A DNA stretch of 64,000 nucleotides from Alphaproteobacteria bacterium (GTDB lineage Bacteria > Pseudomonadota > Alphaproteobacteria > UBA9655): positions 4,882 through 68,881 of the forward strand of contig JABDEE010000001.1 of NCBI GenBank assembly GCA_013287205.1, written 5' to 3'. The stretch's first letter is position 1. Each line of letters opens with the position of its first letter. The notes beneath the pieces were generated by a model, which was not told where the DNA came from, made no database searches, and saw nothing but the letters and a program-made list of their open reading frames with translations. Made by a program: the position numbers and the translations under genes. Below are positions 1 through 8,685 of the stretch, piece after piece.

Positions 1-1
1 G

Positions 2-316
2 GTGATGGTGGGACGCGGGTGTTATGGGCGCCCTTGGTTCCTGAACCAAGTGAGCCATTATTTGAAAACGGGCGAGAAACTCCCCGATCCCTCTTTGGAA
101 GAAAAAAAGACCCTCATTCTGAATCACCTCGAGGATATGCTCGTGCATCATGGGGAATACACAGGGCTTATGATGGGACGCAAGCATATTGGATGGTATA
201 GCCGCGGCCTCTTCAATTCGGCTGAGTTTCGGGTTGCGATCAATCGGGCGACGACACCTGGTGAGGTGCGGGGGTTGATTGAGGGGTTTTATGAGGAGAC
301 GTGTGAGAACGTTTAG
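2..316 (+). CDS. dusB: tRNA-dihydrouridine synthase, C-terminal fragment (5' end lies outside the window)
   Basis: ORF is open to the window edge. GRGxxGRPW and the helical C-terminal region look like DusB/NifR3. Confidence 0.75.
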   Translation: MMVGRGCYGRPWFLNQVSHYLKTGEKLPDPSLEEKKTLILNHLEDMLVHHGEYTGLMMGRKHIGWYSRGLFNSAEFRVAINRATTPGEVRGLIEGFYEETCENV

Positions 317-425
317 GGGGTGTCATCAAATAGATTGGTGGCCAAATATGAATTTTTTATAATTCTATCTCAATCAGCAGTTCTCCTTCTTAAAGAGAAC
401 GCGTTATTTTAAAAGGAATGAATAT

Positions 426-899
426 ATGACACAAAAAACTTTTTTATCCACAGTTTCGGCTTTTGTCTTAAGTGTATTCGTTTGCATTCCTTCTTTTCTT
501 TTGGCCAGTCATACTGATAGCAACTCACAAACTGCAGCAGCATCTAGTTCTGCGGCGGCCACTCGTGCAAGTGAACTTACAGACGCTCAAAGAATGTTAA
601 AAATGGCAAGAACAAGACAGCAGACTGCAAGAGTAAAGTTTGTAACGACAAATGGGGCCTTCGTAGCAGCAGAACAATCAGCACGAGATCACAATATCCC
701 CGCCAGCGCATTTTATAAGTCCACGAGACAAGCACAAGGCGCAACAGATGACGCATGGTTAGCATCCGTACAAGCATCAAGGGATGTGTTTTACTTCCAA
801 CTTAGGGCACAATGTGAAGAATTAAAAGAAGAAGCAAGAAAGGACATGCTTGCTGCACGATGCGCAGCATTAAAACAAGATAAAGACGATGTACAATGA
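426..899 (+). CDS. hypothetical secreted protein (157 aa)
   Basis: N-terminal hydrophobic signal-like segment (KTFLSTVSAFVLSVFVC), then an Ala/Gln-rich helical region. No family recognised. Sits between two copies of the dusB 3' end. Confidence 0.5.
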   Translation: MTQKTFLSTVSAFVLSVFVCIPSFLLASHTDSNSQTAAASSSAAATRASELTDAQRMLKMARTRQQTARVKFVTTNGAFVAAEQSARDHNIPASAFYKSTRQAQGATDDAWLASVQASRDVFYFQLRAQCEELKEEARKDMLAARCAALKQDKDDVQ

Positions 900-1006
900 A
901 TAGCTGCCCTATTAGGGCAGTAGTGTTTCGTGCCACGACGCCTGAAGAGGTGGTTTTATGAGAAATCCTGTGAGAACGTTTAGAGGGCGTTGTTAGGAAG
1001 AAAAGG

Positions 1007-1065
1007 GTGTCATCCTCTGCTGTAGCGGGGACCCAGACTTAAGCATTTTTGATAAAAAATATTTT
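1007..1065. repeat. palindromic-element family, left half only (copy A)
   Basis: GTGTCATCC...GCGGGGACCCAGACTTAAGCATTTTT matches the left arm of the full copy at 61751-61875. The right arm is missing. Confidence 0.8.
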
Positions 1066-1116
1066 TCTACACTTCTATACTGCTACACTATGTCCTGACA
1101 ACTTAGGAGTCCCACA

Positions 1117-1569
1117 ATGAGCGCCCTTTCCAAAACACTCTCTTTCCTCATCCTCACCCTCACAGCCCCGTGCATCGCAAGACCTATCCACCCCATTCTT
1201 CTGAAAACGGAGAAATGTGTCCAGGTCAGCAAAACAACCGTAGAAATCGCACGATGCCACACGGACGCGCAAAAGGACTGGCATAAAGAGCTCAATAGCG
1301 TGTACAAAAAACTGACAGGTACAGCTGAAAATCCAGAAACGAAGGCGGCCTTAAAAGAATCTCAACAGGCTTGGGAGGCCTTTCATAAGAAGGAATCTCT
1401 TTTCATAGCCCACTACTATGAGCGTCAAGGAACCGTGTGGGTCATTGTCGGGGCAGAGATGCAAGCGAATGTCGTGAAAGATCGGGTGAGGGAGCTGTAT
1501 AAAATTCTGGAGTCAACAAACATGGCAGGGAATCCCAACGAAGAATATCGATTTGATAAGGATGAATAA
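1117..1569 (+). CDS. DUF1311 / LprI-like (lysozyme-inhibitor family) periplasmic protein
   Basis: Signal peptide. Cys...ELNxVYKKL...QxAWxxF pattern is typical of DUF1311. Confidence 0.65.
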   Translation: MSALSKTLSFLILTLTAPCIARPIHPILLKTEKCVQVSKTTVEIARCHTDAQKDWHKELNSVYKKLTGTAENPETKAALKESQQAWEAFHKKESLFIAHYYERQGTVWVIVGAEMQANVVKDRVRELYKILESTNMAGNPNEEYRFDKDE

Positions 1570-1671
1570 CGAGACCATTTTCGAGTTAAGGCAAGATCAA
1601 AAAACTTGCCATCCCCGCAAAGGCGCACGGGAAAAAAGATGCTTAAAAATGAGCGTCTCTGAGTGCTCCAA

Positions 1672-1716
1672 TGTCACCCCTACAACCCAGGCTTCGCCTG
1701 GGTCGCGGGGATGACA
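1672..1716. repeat. palindromic-element family, 45-bp mini copy (copy B)
   Basis: TGTCACCCC...ACCCAGGCTTCGCCTGGGT...CGCGGGGATGACA lies between DUF1311 and the polA stop (convergent genes). Confidence 0.75.
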
Positions 1717-1741
1717 AATTGAAGCAACCAGGGACACCCCC

Positions 1742-4444
1742 CTAAATCTCCGCCCAATTTTTGCCCACATCTGCTTCCACGACAAGGGGCACGGACAGGG
1801 TTACAATTGTCTGCATGGTGTTCACCACAAGGGGTTTAACGATTTCGATCTCTCCTTCGGGAACCTCTAGGATGAGCTCGTCATGCACTTGGAGGAGAAG
1901 GGCCGCTTTCAGGTTTTTCTCTTTGAGCAACCGGTCGAGTTTCACCATGGCTTTCGTCACGATGTCTGCATTACCGCCTTGGAGGGGCGCGTTGATAGCC
2001 TGGCGTTCCGCAAAGTTGCGACGGTTGGGATCCCGGCTATGGATATCCGTAATAAAACACCGACGCCCCAAAAGGGTCGTAACGTAGCCGTGCTCTCGTG
2101 CCTCTGTCTTCATCCGCTCCATATAGGCGTGAACGCCCGGGTGGTGAGTGAAATAGGCTTGGATGTAGCTTGCCGCACTCTCTCTTGAAATCCCCAACTG
2201 ACGGGCGAGTCCAAAGGCACTGAGTCCATAGATGATGCCAAAGTTAATCGCTTTTGCCCGGTGGCGTAGCTCAGGTGTGACCTCCGCAAGAGGCACACCA
2301 AAGACTTGGGACGCGGTTTGCGCATGAATGTCCCGCCCTTCCACAAAAGCTTGCTGGAGCTCTGGAATGTTCGCCACATGGGCCAACAGACGAAGCTCGA
2401 TTTGGGAATAGTCGGCAGATAACAAAACCATCCCGGGAGGTGCGACAAAAGCCGAGCGAATCTCCCGTCCCGTTTCGGTTCGAATGGGGATATTCTGGAG
2501 ATTGGGGTCAGAGGAAGCCAACCGCCCCGTTGAGGTCACCGTCATCCCATAAGTCGTATGCACGCGATGGGTGTACGGGTTGATTTGAAGGGGAAGGCTA
2601 TCCGTATAGGTGCTCTTGAGTTTTGCTAATTGGCGCCACTCGAGGATCCTCTCCGCAATGGGAAATCCCGCTTCCGCGAGGGTATCTAAAACATCGGCGG
2701 CCGTGCCGTAAGCGCCCGTCTTGCCTTTCTTGCCCCCCGGTAATTTGAGGACATCAAAGAGGATCTCCCCGAGTTGTTTGGGGGAAGCGACGTTGAACGT
2801 TTGACCCGCTTCTTGCTGAATCTGCTGCTCAAGTTCGCTCAGCCTTTTCTCAAGGCTTGCGCTTAGTTTTTTGAGGATAAGCGGATCGACTTTGATGCCC
2901 TTATATTCCATCTCGAGGAGGATCGGGATCAGGGGGCGTTCCAGGGTTTCATAGACCGTACATTGATGCTCTTGGAACAGTCGAGCCTTCAGAAAGGTGT
3001 GGAGTTGCAGGGTGATGTCGGCATTCTGTGCCGCAAAGGGCAGAACTTTTTCGGGGGGTAGGGTCTCAAAAGACACTTTGCTCCGTCCTGCCCCCACCAG
3101 ATCTTGGTAGGTGAGGATCTCTTGGTTGAGATAAACCTTGGCCGCTTCTTCAAGGGCATGGCCGTGCTTCGTGCCCTCCAACACATAAGAGAGCACCATC
3201 GTATCATCGATGGCGGTGAGGTTCACGCCTTGTCTTTTGAGAAGCAGCCCATCACGTTTGGTGTAGTGGCTAATTTTTAAAATCCCGGGGTCTTCTGCCA
3301 GTGGCTTAAAAAAAGCGAGAACGTGGGCCAGGGAGATTTGAGGAGGTGTATGTCCTGGCGTCAAGAGATCCTGCACTTCTCCCTTATGACCGATGGGGAT
3401 GTAGCAAGCCTTTGAGGGCGTGACACTGAGGGACAGGCCAATGATCTCTGCCGTCATGGCGTCTTGAGAGGTCAGCTCGAGTTCAAAGGCCACCTGCCCT
3501 GTCTCTGTAATAGCTTGGGCCCATTTCTTTAAGGCATCTGCCTCTTGAACCAATTCATACTGAACCGCCGCGGGCCTCTGAGCCCCGGGAGTGGCTTTTT
3601 CAAGGCGACCGAGCAGGGTGTGAAAAGATTGAGCCTTGAGGAAAGTGCTGACTTTTTCGAAATCTAAAGGTTGGACCACAAAATCTTGAAGCAACTCCAG
3701 CATAGGGACTTGCGCATCAAGAGAGACGAGCTGTTTTGCGATGCGGGCATCTTCCTTGTGCGTGAGGAGGGCCTCACGACGTTTGGGCTGCTTGATGTCC
3801 TCTGCGTGGTCCAGGAGATTCTCTAATGTTCCATAGGTTTGGATGAGCTCAGCCGCCGTCTTAACGCCAATCCCTGGCACCCCGGGGATGTTGTCTGAGC
3901 TATCTCCTGCCAGGGCTTGTACATCCACAACTTGCGCAGGCGGGACGCCAAATTTTTCTTGCACCTCCTCAACCCCAATGGCCCGATTTTTCATGGGGTC
4001 AAACATGCGGATGGCGCCACCCACAAGCTGCATGAGATCTTTATCAGAAGATACAATCGTAATGTCGCCTTCCAAAGAACGCGCATAGGTTGCAATCAGA
4101 TCATCGGCCTCGAAACCTTCTTTTTCCACGAAGGGCACACTAAAGGCGGTGCAGGCCTCCCGCACGAGGGAAAATTGGGGAATGAGCTCCGGCGGGGTTT
4201 CCTTCCGGTTGGCCTTGTACTGAGGGTAGATGGCGTGGCGGTAGGTTTCCCGGCTGGCATCAAAGACCACCACCAGGTAATCAGGAGATTTCTCGCGGAG
4301 GAGCTTCATCAGCATGGTGGTAAAGCCCATCACCGCGCCCACAGGAACGCCATCAGCGCGGGTAAGGGGGGGCAAGGCATGGAAAGCCCTAAAGATGTAT
4401 CCTGATCCGTCTACGAGGTAGATTTGCGGCTTATTTTGCGTCAT
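1742..4444 (-). CDS. polA: DNA polymerase I
   Basis: 900 aa with 5'-3' exonuclease N-terminus (GSGYIFRAFHA), 3'-5' exonuclease domain and Pol A motifs (DYSQIELR, QVHDELI). Confidence 0.97.
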   Translation of the reverse strand: MTQNKPQIYLVDGSGYIFRAFHALPPLTRADGVPVGAVMGFTTMLMKLLREKSPDYLVVVFDASRETYRHAIYPQYKANRKETPPELIPQFSLVREACTAFSVPFVEKEGFEADDLIATYARSLEGDITIVSSDKDLMQLVGGAIRMFDPMKNRAIGVEEVQEKFGVPPAQVVDVQALAGDSSDNIPGVPGIGVKTAAELIQTYGTLENLLDHAEDIKQPKRREALLTHKEDARIAKQLVSLDAQVPMLELLQDFVVQPLDFEKVSTFLKAQSFHTLLGRLEKATPGAQRPAAVQYELVQEADALKKWAQAITETGQVAFELELTSQDAMTAEIIGLSLSVTPSKACYIPIGHKGEVQDLLTPGHTPPQISLAHVLAFFKPLAEDPGILKISHYTKRDGLLLKRQGVNLTAIDDTMVLSYVLEGTKHGHALEEAAKVYLNQEILTYQDLVGAGRSKVSFETLPPEKVLPFAAQNADITLQLHTFLKARLFQEHQCTVYETLERPLIPILLEMEYKGIKVDPLILKKLSASLEKRLSELEQQIQQEAGQTFNVASPKQLGEILFDVLKLPGGKKGKTGAYGTAADVLDTLAEAGFPIAERILEWRQLAKLKSTYTDSLPLQINPYTHRVHTTYGMTVTSTGRLASSDPNLQNIPIRTETGREIRSAFVAPPGMVLLSADYSQIELRLLAHVANIPELQQAFVEGRDIHAQTASQVFGVPLAEVTPELRHRAKAINFGIIYGLSAFGLARQLGISRESAASYIQAYFTHHPGVHAYMERMKTEAREHGYVTTLLGRRCFITDIHSRDPNRRNFAERQAINAPLQGGNADIVTKAMVKLDRLLKEKNLKAALLLQVHDELILEVPEGEIEIVKPLVVNTMQTIVTLSVPLVVEADVGKNWAEI

Positions 4445-4478
4445 TTAGAGTACTTCCTGTTTAAATGTTCACGCTTCA

Positions 4479-4528
4479 TTGTCATCCCCGTACTCTTCGT
4501 TGTCATCCCCGCCTTCGCGGGGGCGACA
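4479..4528. repeat. palindromic-element family: terminus fragment plus 28-bp hairpin (copy C)
   Basis: TTGTCATCCCCGTACT, then TGTCATCCCCGCCTTCGCGGGGGCGACA, between the ctaE stop and the polA start. Confidence 0.8.
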
Positions 4529-4536
4529 TCCTTGAT

Positions 4537-5310
4537 CTACACCCCCGACCCCCACCAGTAAATGCTGACAAAAAGAAAGAGCCACACGACGTCCACAAAA
4601 TGCCAATACCATGCGGCGGCCTCAAAGCCAATATGCCCTTCAGGGGTGAATTGCCCCAAACGCGCACGGACCCAACACAGGATGAGGAAAAGGGTGCCAA
4701 TGATCACATGAATCCCATGGAAGCCTGTGGCCATGTAAAAGGTCGAGGCATAGATGCCTTCCTTAAATCCAAATGACGCATGGGCGTATTCAAAAGCTTG
4801 AATGGCGGTAAACAGAAGCCCCAAGCAAATGGTGATGCCAATTCCCTTCGAAACGAGCTTTTGTTGGCCCTGCAACAAGGCATGGTGAGCCCAGGTTATC
4901 GTTGTTCCTGAAAGCAAGAGGAGGAGGGTGTTAAAGTAAGGGTAATCAAAAGGATCTATGGGATGAATCCCTTTGGGCGGCCACTGTCCTCCGGCAGGAA
5001 ACAAGCTCACATCAAAAAAGGCCGCAAAAAAAGCGACGAAAAACATGACTTCTGAGATGATGAAGCACACCATCCCTAAGCGAAGTCCTGTCTGTACAGG
5101 GGAGGTATAGGTTCCTTTGTGAGCTGCTTCCTTTAAGACATCATACCACCATCCCCCCATGGTAAAGAGGATTAACCCTAAGCCCATGAGAAGCACATAT
5201 GCACCGTGATTGTGCATCAAAAGAACGAGGCCGATCGCCGACACCAGCGCACCAATGGATCCCACAAAGGGCCACGGACTGGGAGAGACAAGGTGAAAGG
5301 GATGCTTCAT
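4537..5310 (-). CDS. ctaE: cytochrome c oxidase subunit III
   Basis: 257 aa. HPFHLVxPSPWP N-terminus and 7-TM layout with FYxATGFHGxHV and AAWYWHFVDVVW motifs. Confidence 0.93.
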   Translation of the reverse strand: MKHPFHLVSPSPWPFVGSIGALVSAIGLVLLMHNHGAYVLLMGLGLILFTMGGWWYDVLKEAAHKGTYTSPVQTGLRLGMVCFIISEVMFFVAFFAAFFDVSLFPAGGQWPPKGIHPIDPFDYPYFNTLLLLLSGTTITWAHHALLQGQQKLVSKGIGITICLGLLFTAIQAFEYAHASFGFKEGIYASTFYMATGFHGIHVIIGTLFLILCWVRARLGQFTPEGHIGFEAAAWYWHFVDVVWLFLFVSIYWWGSGV

Positions 5311-5315
5311 AGATC

Positions 5316-5346
5316 CAGTGTAGCAGTGTCGCAGACAACAGTGTAG
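5316..5346. repeat. degenerate octamer repeats (CAGTGTAG-like)
   Basis: CAGTGTAG CAGTGTCG CAGACAA CAGTGTAG lies immediately upstream of the ctaE start. Same unit family as the arrays at 47933 and 58851. Confidence 0.6.
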
Positions 5347-5400
5347 TCGTTTGTGAGGCGGGGCGCAGGAAAGGGTCCTGTCGCCTCCTCAATAAACTAA

Positions 5401-5463
5401 CAAATCAGCCATTTTTAAAAGAGAGGTTCTGTTTCACCCCTAGGGAATGAAACAGTGAAACAC
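5401..5463 (+). repeat. left copy of a ~65-bp direct repeat bracketing the Phd/PIN cassette
   Basis: CAAATCAGCCATTTTT...GTTTCACCCCTAGGGAATGAAACAGTGAAACAC is about 85% identical to 6304-6368 in the same orientation. Confidence 0.85.
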
Positions 5464-5516
5464 AATGCCTCCTTATGATCCCTGAGCCCACAAGATATTT
5501 TTGTTTACAGAATCAT

Positions 5517-5545
5517 TTGACTTTTTTGTCCAATTTGTCTATAAT
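5517..5545 (+). promoter_or_regulatory. sigma70-type promoter of the phd/PIN operon
   Basis: TTGACT (5517-5522), 17-bp spacer, TATAAT (5540-5545), about 30 bp upstream of the ATG at 5574. Confidence 0.6.
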
Positions 5546-5573
5546 GAGTCATACTCAATGGTTGGAGAGAGTT

Positions 5574-5831
5574 ATGCGTACAATTTCTGCGACAGAAGCA
5601 AAACAGTCTTTAGGGATGATGATTGACATCTCCCAGAGGGAGCCTGTTGTCATACAACGTCAACAGAGGGATATTGCCGTTCTCCTCTCTATGCATGACT
5701 ATGAACAATTAAAAGGGGGGCAAATTGAAGCCTTCACTGTTTTTTGTGAGCAGATGGCTCAAAAAGCCAAAGAAAGGGGTCTCACTGAAAAAAAATTGGA
5801 GGCGTTGTTAGAAGATGGCGCGGAAGAGTAG
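5574..5831 (+). CDS. type II antitoxin, Phd/YefM family
   Basis: MRTISATEAKQSLGxxID...EPVVIQR is the Phd/YefM N-terminal signature. GGAGAGA RBS precedes the ATG at 5574. The longer ORF from 5475 has no RBS. Overlaps the downstream PIN gene. Confidence 0.8.
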   Translation: MRTISATEAKQSLGMMIDISQREPVVIQRQQRDIAVLLSMHDYEQLKGGQIEAFTVFCEQMAQKAKERGLTEKKLEALLEDGAEE

Positions 5832-6237
5832 ATTTGTTGTTGATACAAATATCTTCATTAGCCAACTTCTCTTACCCTCTTCACTCCCAGGAAAAGCATT
5901 TCGGAAAGCCCTCTCTTGCGGAATCCTTTTATTTTCAGAAGACATCCTTCACGAACTCGCTGACGTTTTAGGAAGAAAGAAATTTGACCATTACCTTTCT
6001 CTTGAAGAACGGCAAGAATTTTTCCGTTACCTTTCTTTAATTGGCGAAGTTGTACACAATATCACGCCCTTAAAGGCGTGTCGGGATCCAAAAGATGATA
6101 AATTCCTAAGCCTCGCTGTTTGCGGTCAAGCAACCTTTCTTTTGACAGGGGACAATGATCTTCTTGTTCTTGATCCTTTTAGGGATGTACGTATCCTTTC
6201 TTGTGCGACATATTTGGGCGACCCCCCTTCCGAGTGA
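5815..6237 (+). CDS. PIN-domain toxin (type II TA)
   Basis: FVVDTNIFIS ... LTGDNDLLVL supply the acidic PIN residues. 17-nt overlap with the antitoxin gene. Confidence 0.85.
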   Translation: MARKSRFVVDTNIFISQLLLPSSLPGKAFRKALSCGILLFSEDILHELADVLGRKKFDHYLSLEERQEFFRYLSLIGEVVHNITPLKACRDPKDDKFLSLAVCGQATFLLTGDNDLLVLDPFRDVRILSCATYLGDPPSE

Positions 6238-6303
6238 GAGTGGCCCCCTCTCGATGAAACAAAACCTTTTTTCTCCAGGGAGACTCTCCTTCCAAAAAAC
6301 CAG

Positions 6304-6368
6304 CAAATCAGCCATTTTTTAGAGAGCGTGTTCTTGTTTCACCCCTAGGCAATGGAACAGTGGAACAC
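6304..6368 (+). repeat. right copy of the ~65-bp direct repeat bracketing the Phd/PIN cassette
   Basis: See 5401-5463. Confidence 0.85.
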
Positions 6369-6386
6369 GCCAACTGGGAGCTAAGC

Positions 6387-6682
6387 TTACACAGAAGATC
6401 TAGCAACTTTGTATACTTTATCACGGTGTCCTACGTGAACAGCCAGAATCAAAAATTCATGATCTTTTATGGCACAGATCAATCGATAATCCCCAATACG
6501 AAAGCGCCAGAAATCTTTCAGGTTTGCCGCAAGAGGCTTTGCAAGAATGCGGGGGTTTTATCCGCAACAATCACACGTTTGTGGATAAAATTAAGGATAC
6601 GTGCCTGAATAGCGGCATCCAGCCGATTCCAGTCTTTCTCGCATTCTGGGGAAAACTTAAAATTCCAAGTCGGCAGACCCAT
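6387..6682 (-). pseudogene. RelE/ParE-family toxin, interrupted by a single frameshift
   Basis: The N-terminal frame (MGLPTWNFKFSPECEKDWNRLDAAIQARILNFIHKRV) stops at 6515-6517. The C-terminal half (NPRILAKPLAANLKDFWRFRIGDYRLICAIKDHEFLILAVHVGHRDKVYK) continues in another frame. The shift falls in the homopolymer run at 6551-6559. Confidence 0.8.
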
Positions 6683-6902
6683 GTTTATCCCTGTATTTTT
6701 GTACAATTTCTTCTAGATCAACAGGTACATCCATTCCTTTATCAATGCGATCTAGCCGAGCAGACGCAATGAGAGCGTCTTCCTCATCCTCGAGAGACTG
6801 CTCTAGCAACTTTAAAGCATACGTTTTTTTTGAAAGATGGGCTCTGACTGCAAGAGCGCTTAAGCACTTATCCCTTTTCTCAGAAAGGGAAAGCGTAATC
6901 AT
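6657..6902 (-). CDS. RHH-type antitoxin (RelB/ParD-like) of the RelE module
   Basis: 81 aa starting at MITLSLSEKRDK. Acidic EDEEDALIA segment. Its 3' end overlaps the RelE start. The longer ORF to 7037 would overlap ftsI. Confidence 0.7.
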   Translation of the reverse strand: MITLSLSEKRDKCLSALAVRAHLSKKTYALKLLEQSLEDEEDALIASARLDRIDKGMDVPVDLEEIVQKYRDKHGSADLEF

Positions 6903-6978
6903 GATCCATCTCCGTATTTTATAAATCAATCCTACAATAAAACACGCAAAAAAAATCAATACTTTTGAAAACTCAACC

Positions 6979-8685
6979 CTAATGACGAAACGAAGCCGGA
7001 ATAAACTGGGGTGCATTTTCTCCAAAGGGAGCCTCATGGCGGGGGGCGACCTGAAGCAAGGGTGCTATGCGCGAAATGACTGTCCCTGCAATGGGGGCTG
7101 CATTCCACCCGCCGGCATTAAAGCCATAGGTTTCTTTGATCCCCTGGGGACGATCGACGAAGATCATCACGAGAAATTGCGGATTGCTGACGGGAAAGGT
7201 TGCCACAAATGACGTAATGTTCGTGCCCTTTTTATAAGTGCGCCCTGCGAGGGTATTAGCTGTTCCTGTCTTGCCGCCCACCTCATAACCGAGCACGCGC
7301 GCCTTTTTCCCTGTGCCTTCTGAGACCACTTTGTAGAGAAGCTCTCGCATAATTTGGGATGTTTGTTCAGAGACAATGCGCTTTCCCTTGAGTCCCTTGG
7401 TGGGATCCACCTTGCAGAGGGTAGGGGGCATCATAATGCCTTTATTCACGATGCCCCCGATGGCGCTCACAAGATGGAGAGGGCTCACGGCAACGCCGTA
7501 GCCATAAGAGGCCGTAATGGTTGTGGATTCGGTCCACTCTTTGGGATAGAGGGGATATCCAAGTTCTGGCAGTTGAAACGTAAGGGGCTTAAAAAACCCC
7601 AGTTTCTCAAAGAAGTTTTTCTGAGCGGTTCCCCCAAATTGCAACGCCATCTTGGCCATCCCAATGTTGGAAGATTCTGTGAAAATGGTGGAAATGGGCA
7701 TGGGCCCATAGGCCGGGTGAATATCTGTGATCCGAAAGCGCCCGATGCGTAGCGGGGGGGTGACATCAAAGGTATTCCTTACGTCTCCCCCCCTGTCCAA
7801 ATAGAGGGCGGTTGTGAAAATCTTAAAATTCGACCCTAATTCGTAAACACCAAGGGTGATGCGATTAAACAGAGCTTCTGCTTGCGAATCTATTTTGCCC
7901 ACTTGATTGGGGTCAAAGTCGGGCAAAGAGACGAGGGCCAAGACCTCCCCTGTCGTTACGTTCATCACCACCCCGGCACCGCCTTGGGCTTTAAATTTTT
8001 CGATGCCTGCGACAAGTTCATCCCGCAGCACATGTTGAACACGGGTATCGAGACTTAAGGCAAGGGCGCCGCCTTGGGCTCTTAAAAGCTCATCGAATTT
8101 CTGCTCAATGCCGCCCAAGCCTTTGTTGTCGATGTTGGTGTATCCTAGCACATGGGCAAAAAGTTCCCCGTGAGGATACACACGCCTCTCATCCTGTTGA
8201 AAGGACAGACCGGGAATGCCGAGGCGCATAATCGCCTCTTGTTTTTGGGGGGTCAGGTGACGGGCAAGCCAGATAAACCCCTTGCCTGAGAGGAGGCGGC
8301 GGAGGATATCCTCATACTTAAGCTCGGGCAAGGTTTGGCTAAGTTTCAGGGCTGCTTCCTTCGCATCCAAGACAACACGGGCATTGGCATAGAGGGAAAA
8401 AGTTTGCAGGCTGGTTGCGATAATTTCCCCATTCCGATCTGTGATATTGGCGCGGGCGGTCATGCCCATGGCGTGCCCCCTGCAGGTGTTGCCTGCACAT
8501 CTCCCTTGGAGGAGGCCAACGTCGATTAATCGTCCTGCAATAATAAGAAAGACAAGAATGAAGGCACACCCCACAACCAACAAACGGGAATGAGCAACGG
8601 CGAGGGCCTGATGAGGGCGATGAACCTTGTTCCAGCGGGGGAGGCGCAGGCTATCTTGAGGCACATAAAAAGCATGTTGCTTCAT
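6979..8685 (-). CDS. ftsI: peptidoglycan D,D-transpeptidase FtsI (PBP3)
   Basis: 568 aa with N-terminal TM anchor, PBP dimerisation domain and transpeptidase motifs (SNFK-like STxK, SSN, KTGT). Confidence 0.93.
   Translation of the reverse strand: MKQHAFYVPQDSLRLPRWNKVHRPHQALAVAHSRLLVVGCAFILVFLIIAGRLIDVGLLQGRCAGNTCRGHAMGMTARANITDRNGEIIATSLQTFSLYANARVVLDAKEAALKLSQTLPELKYEDILRRLLSGKGFIWLARHLTPQKQEAIMRLGIPGLSFQQDERRVYPHGELFAHVLGYTNIDNKGLGGIEQKFDELLRAQGGALALSLDTRVQHVLRDELVAGIEKFKAQGGAGVVMNVTTGEVLALVSLPDFDPNQVGKIDSQAEALFNRITLGVYELGSNFKIFTTALYLDRGGDVRNTFDVTPPLRIGRFRITDIHPAYGPMPISTIFTESSNIGMAKMALQFGGTAQKNFFEKLGFFKPLTFQLPELGYPLYPKEWTESTTITASYGYGVAVSPLHLVSAIGGIVNKGIMMPPTLCKVDPTKGLKGKRIVSEQTSQIMRELLYKVVSEGTGKKARVLGYEVGGKTGTANTLAGRTYKKGTNITSFVATFPVSNPQFLVMIFVDRPQGIKETYGFNAGGWNAAPIAGTVISRIAPLLQVAPRHEAPFGENAPQFIPASFRH

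Noticed and set aside
3917-4405. Plus-strand ORFs inside polA (1761-2087, 1883-2188, 3843-4088, 3917-4405), and similar antisense ORFs inside ftsI, mutS, dnaE, groEL, the MFS transporter gene and the oxidoreductase gene (for example 37877-38464, 41062-41529, 48388-48939, 49072-49587, 50224-50856, 57907-58302)
   Set aside because: All lie opposite long genes with clear conserved motifs, and none shows a recognisable domain. These are GC-rich shadow frames.
5475-5573. Upstream extensions of several ORFs in the track (Phd from 5475, RelB-like antitoxin to 7037, dut to 27830, lpdA from 29896, accD from 36574, paralog 2 to 19033, hemJ from 45722)
   Set aside because: The extensions lack homology, overlap neighbouring genes or promoters, and internal ATGs with proper RBSs coincide with the conserved N-termini.
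5401-6368. Interpretation of the TA-flanking repeats as integron attC sites
   Set aside because: No intI gene is nearby. The inverted cores (GTTTCA...TGAAAC) do not match the RYYYAAC/GTTRRRY attC cores. Only one cassette is bounded.
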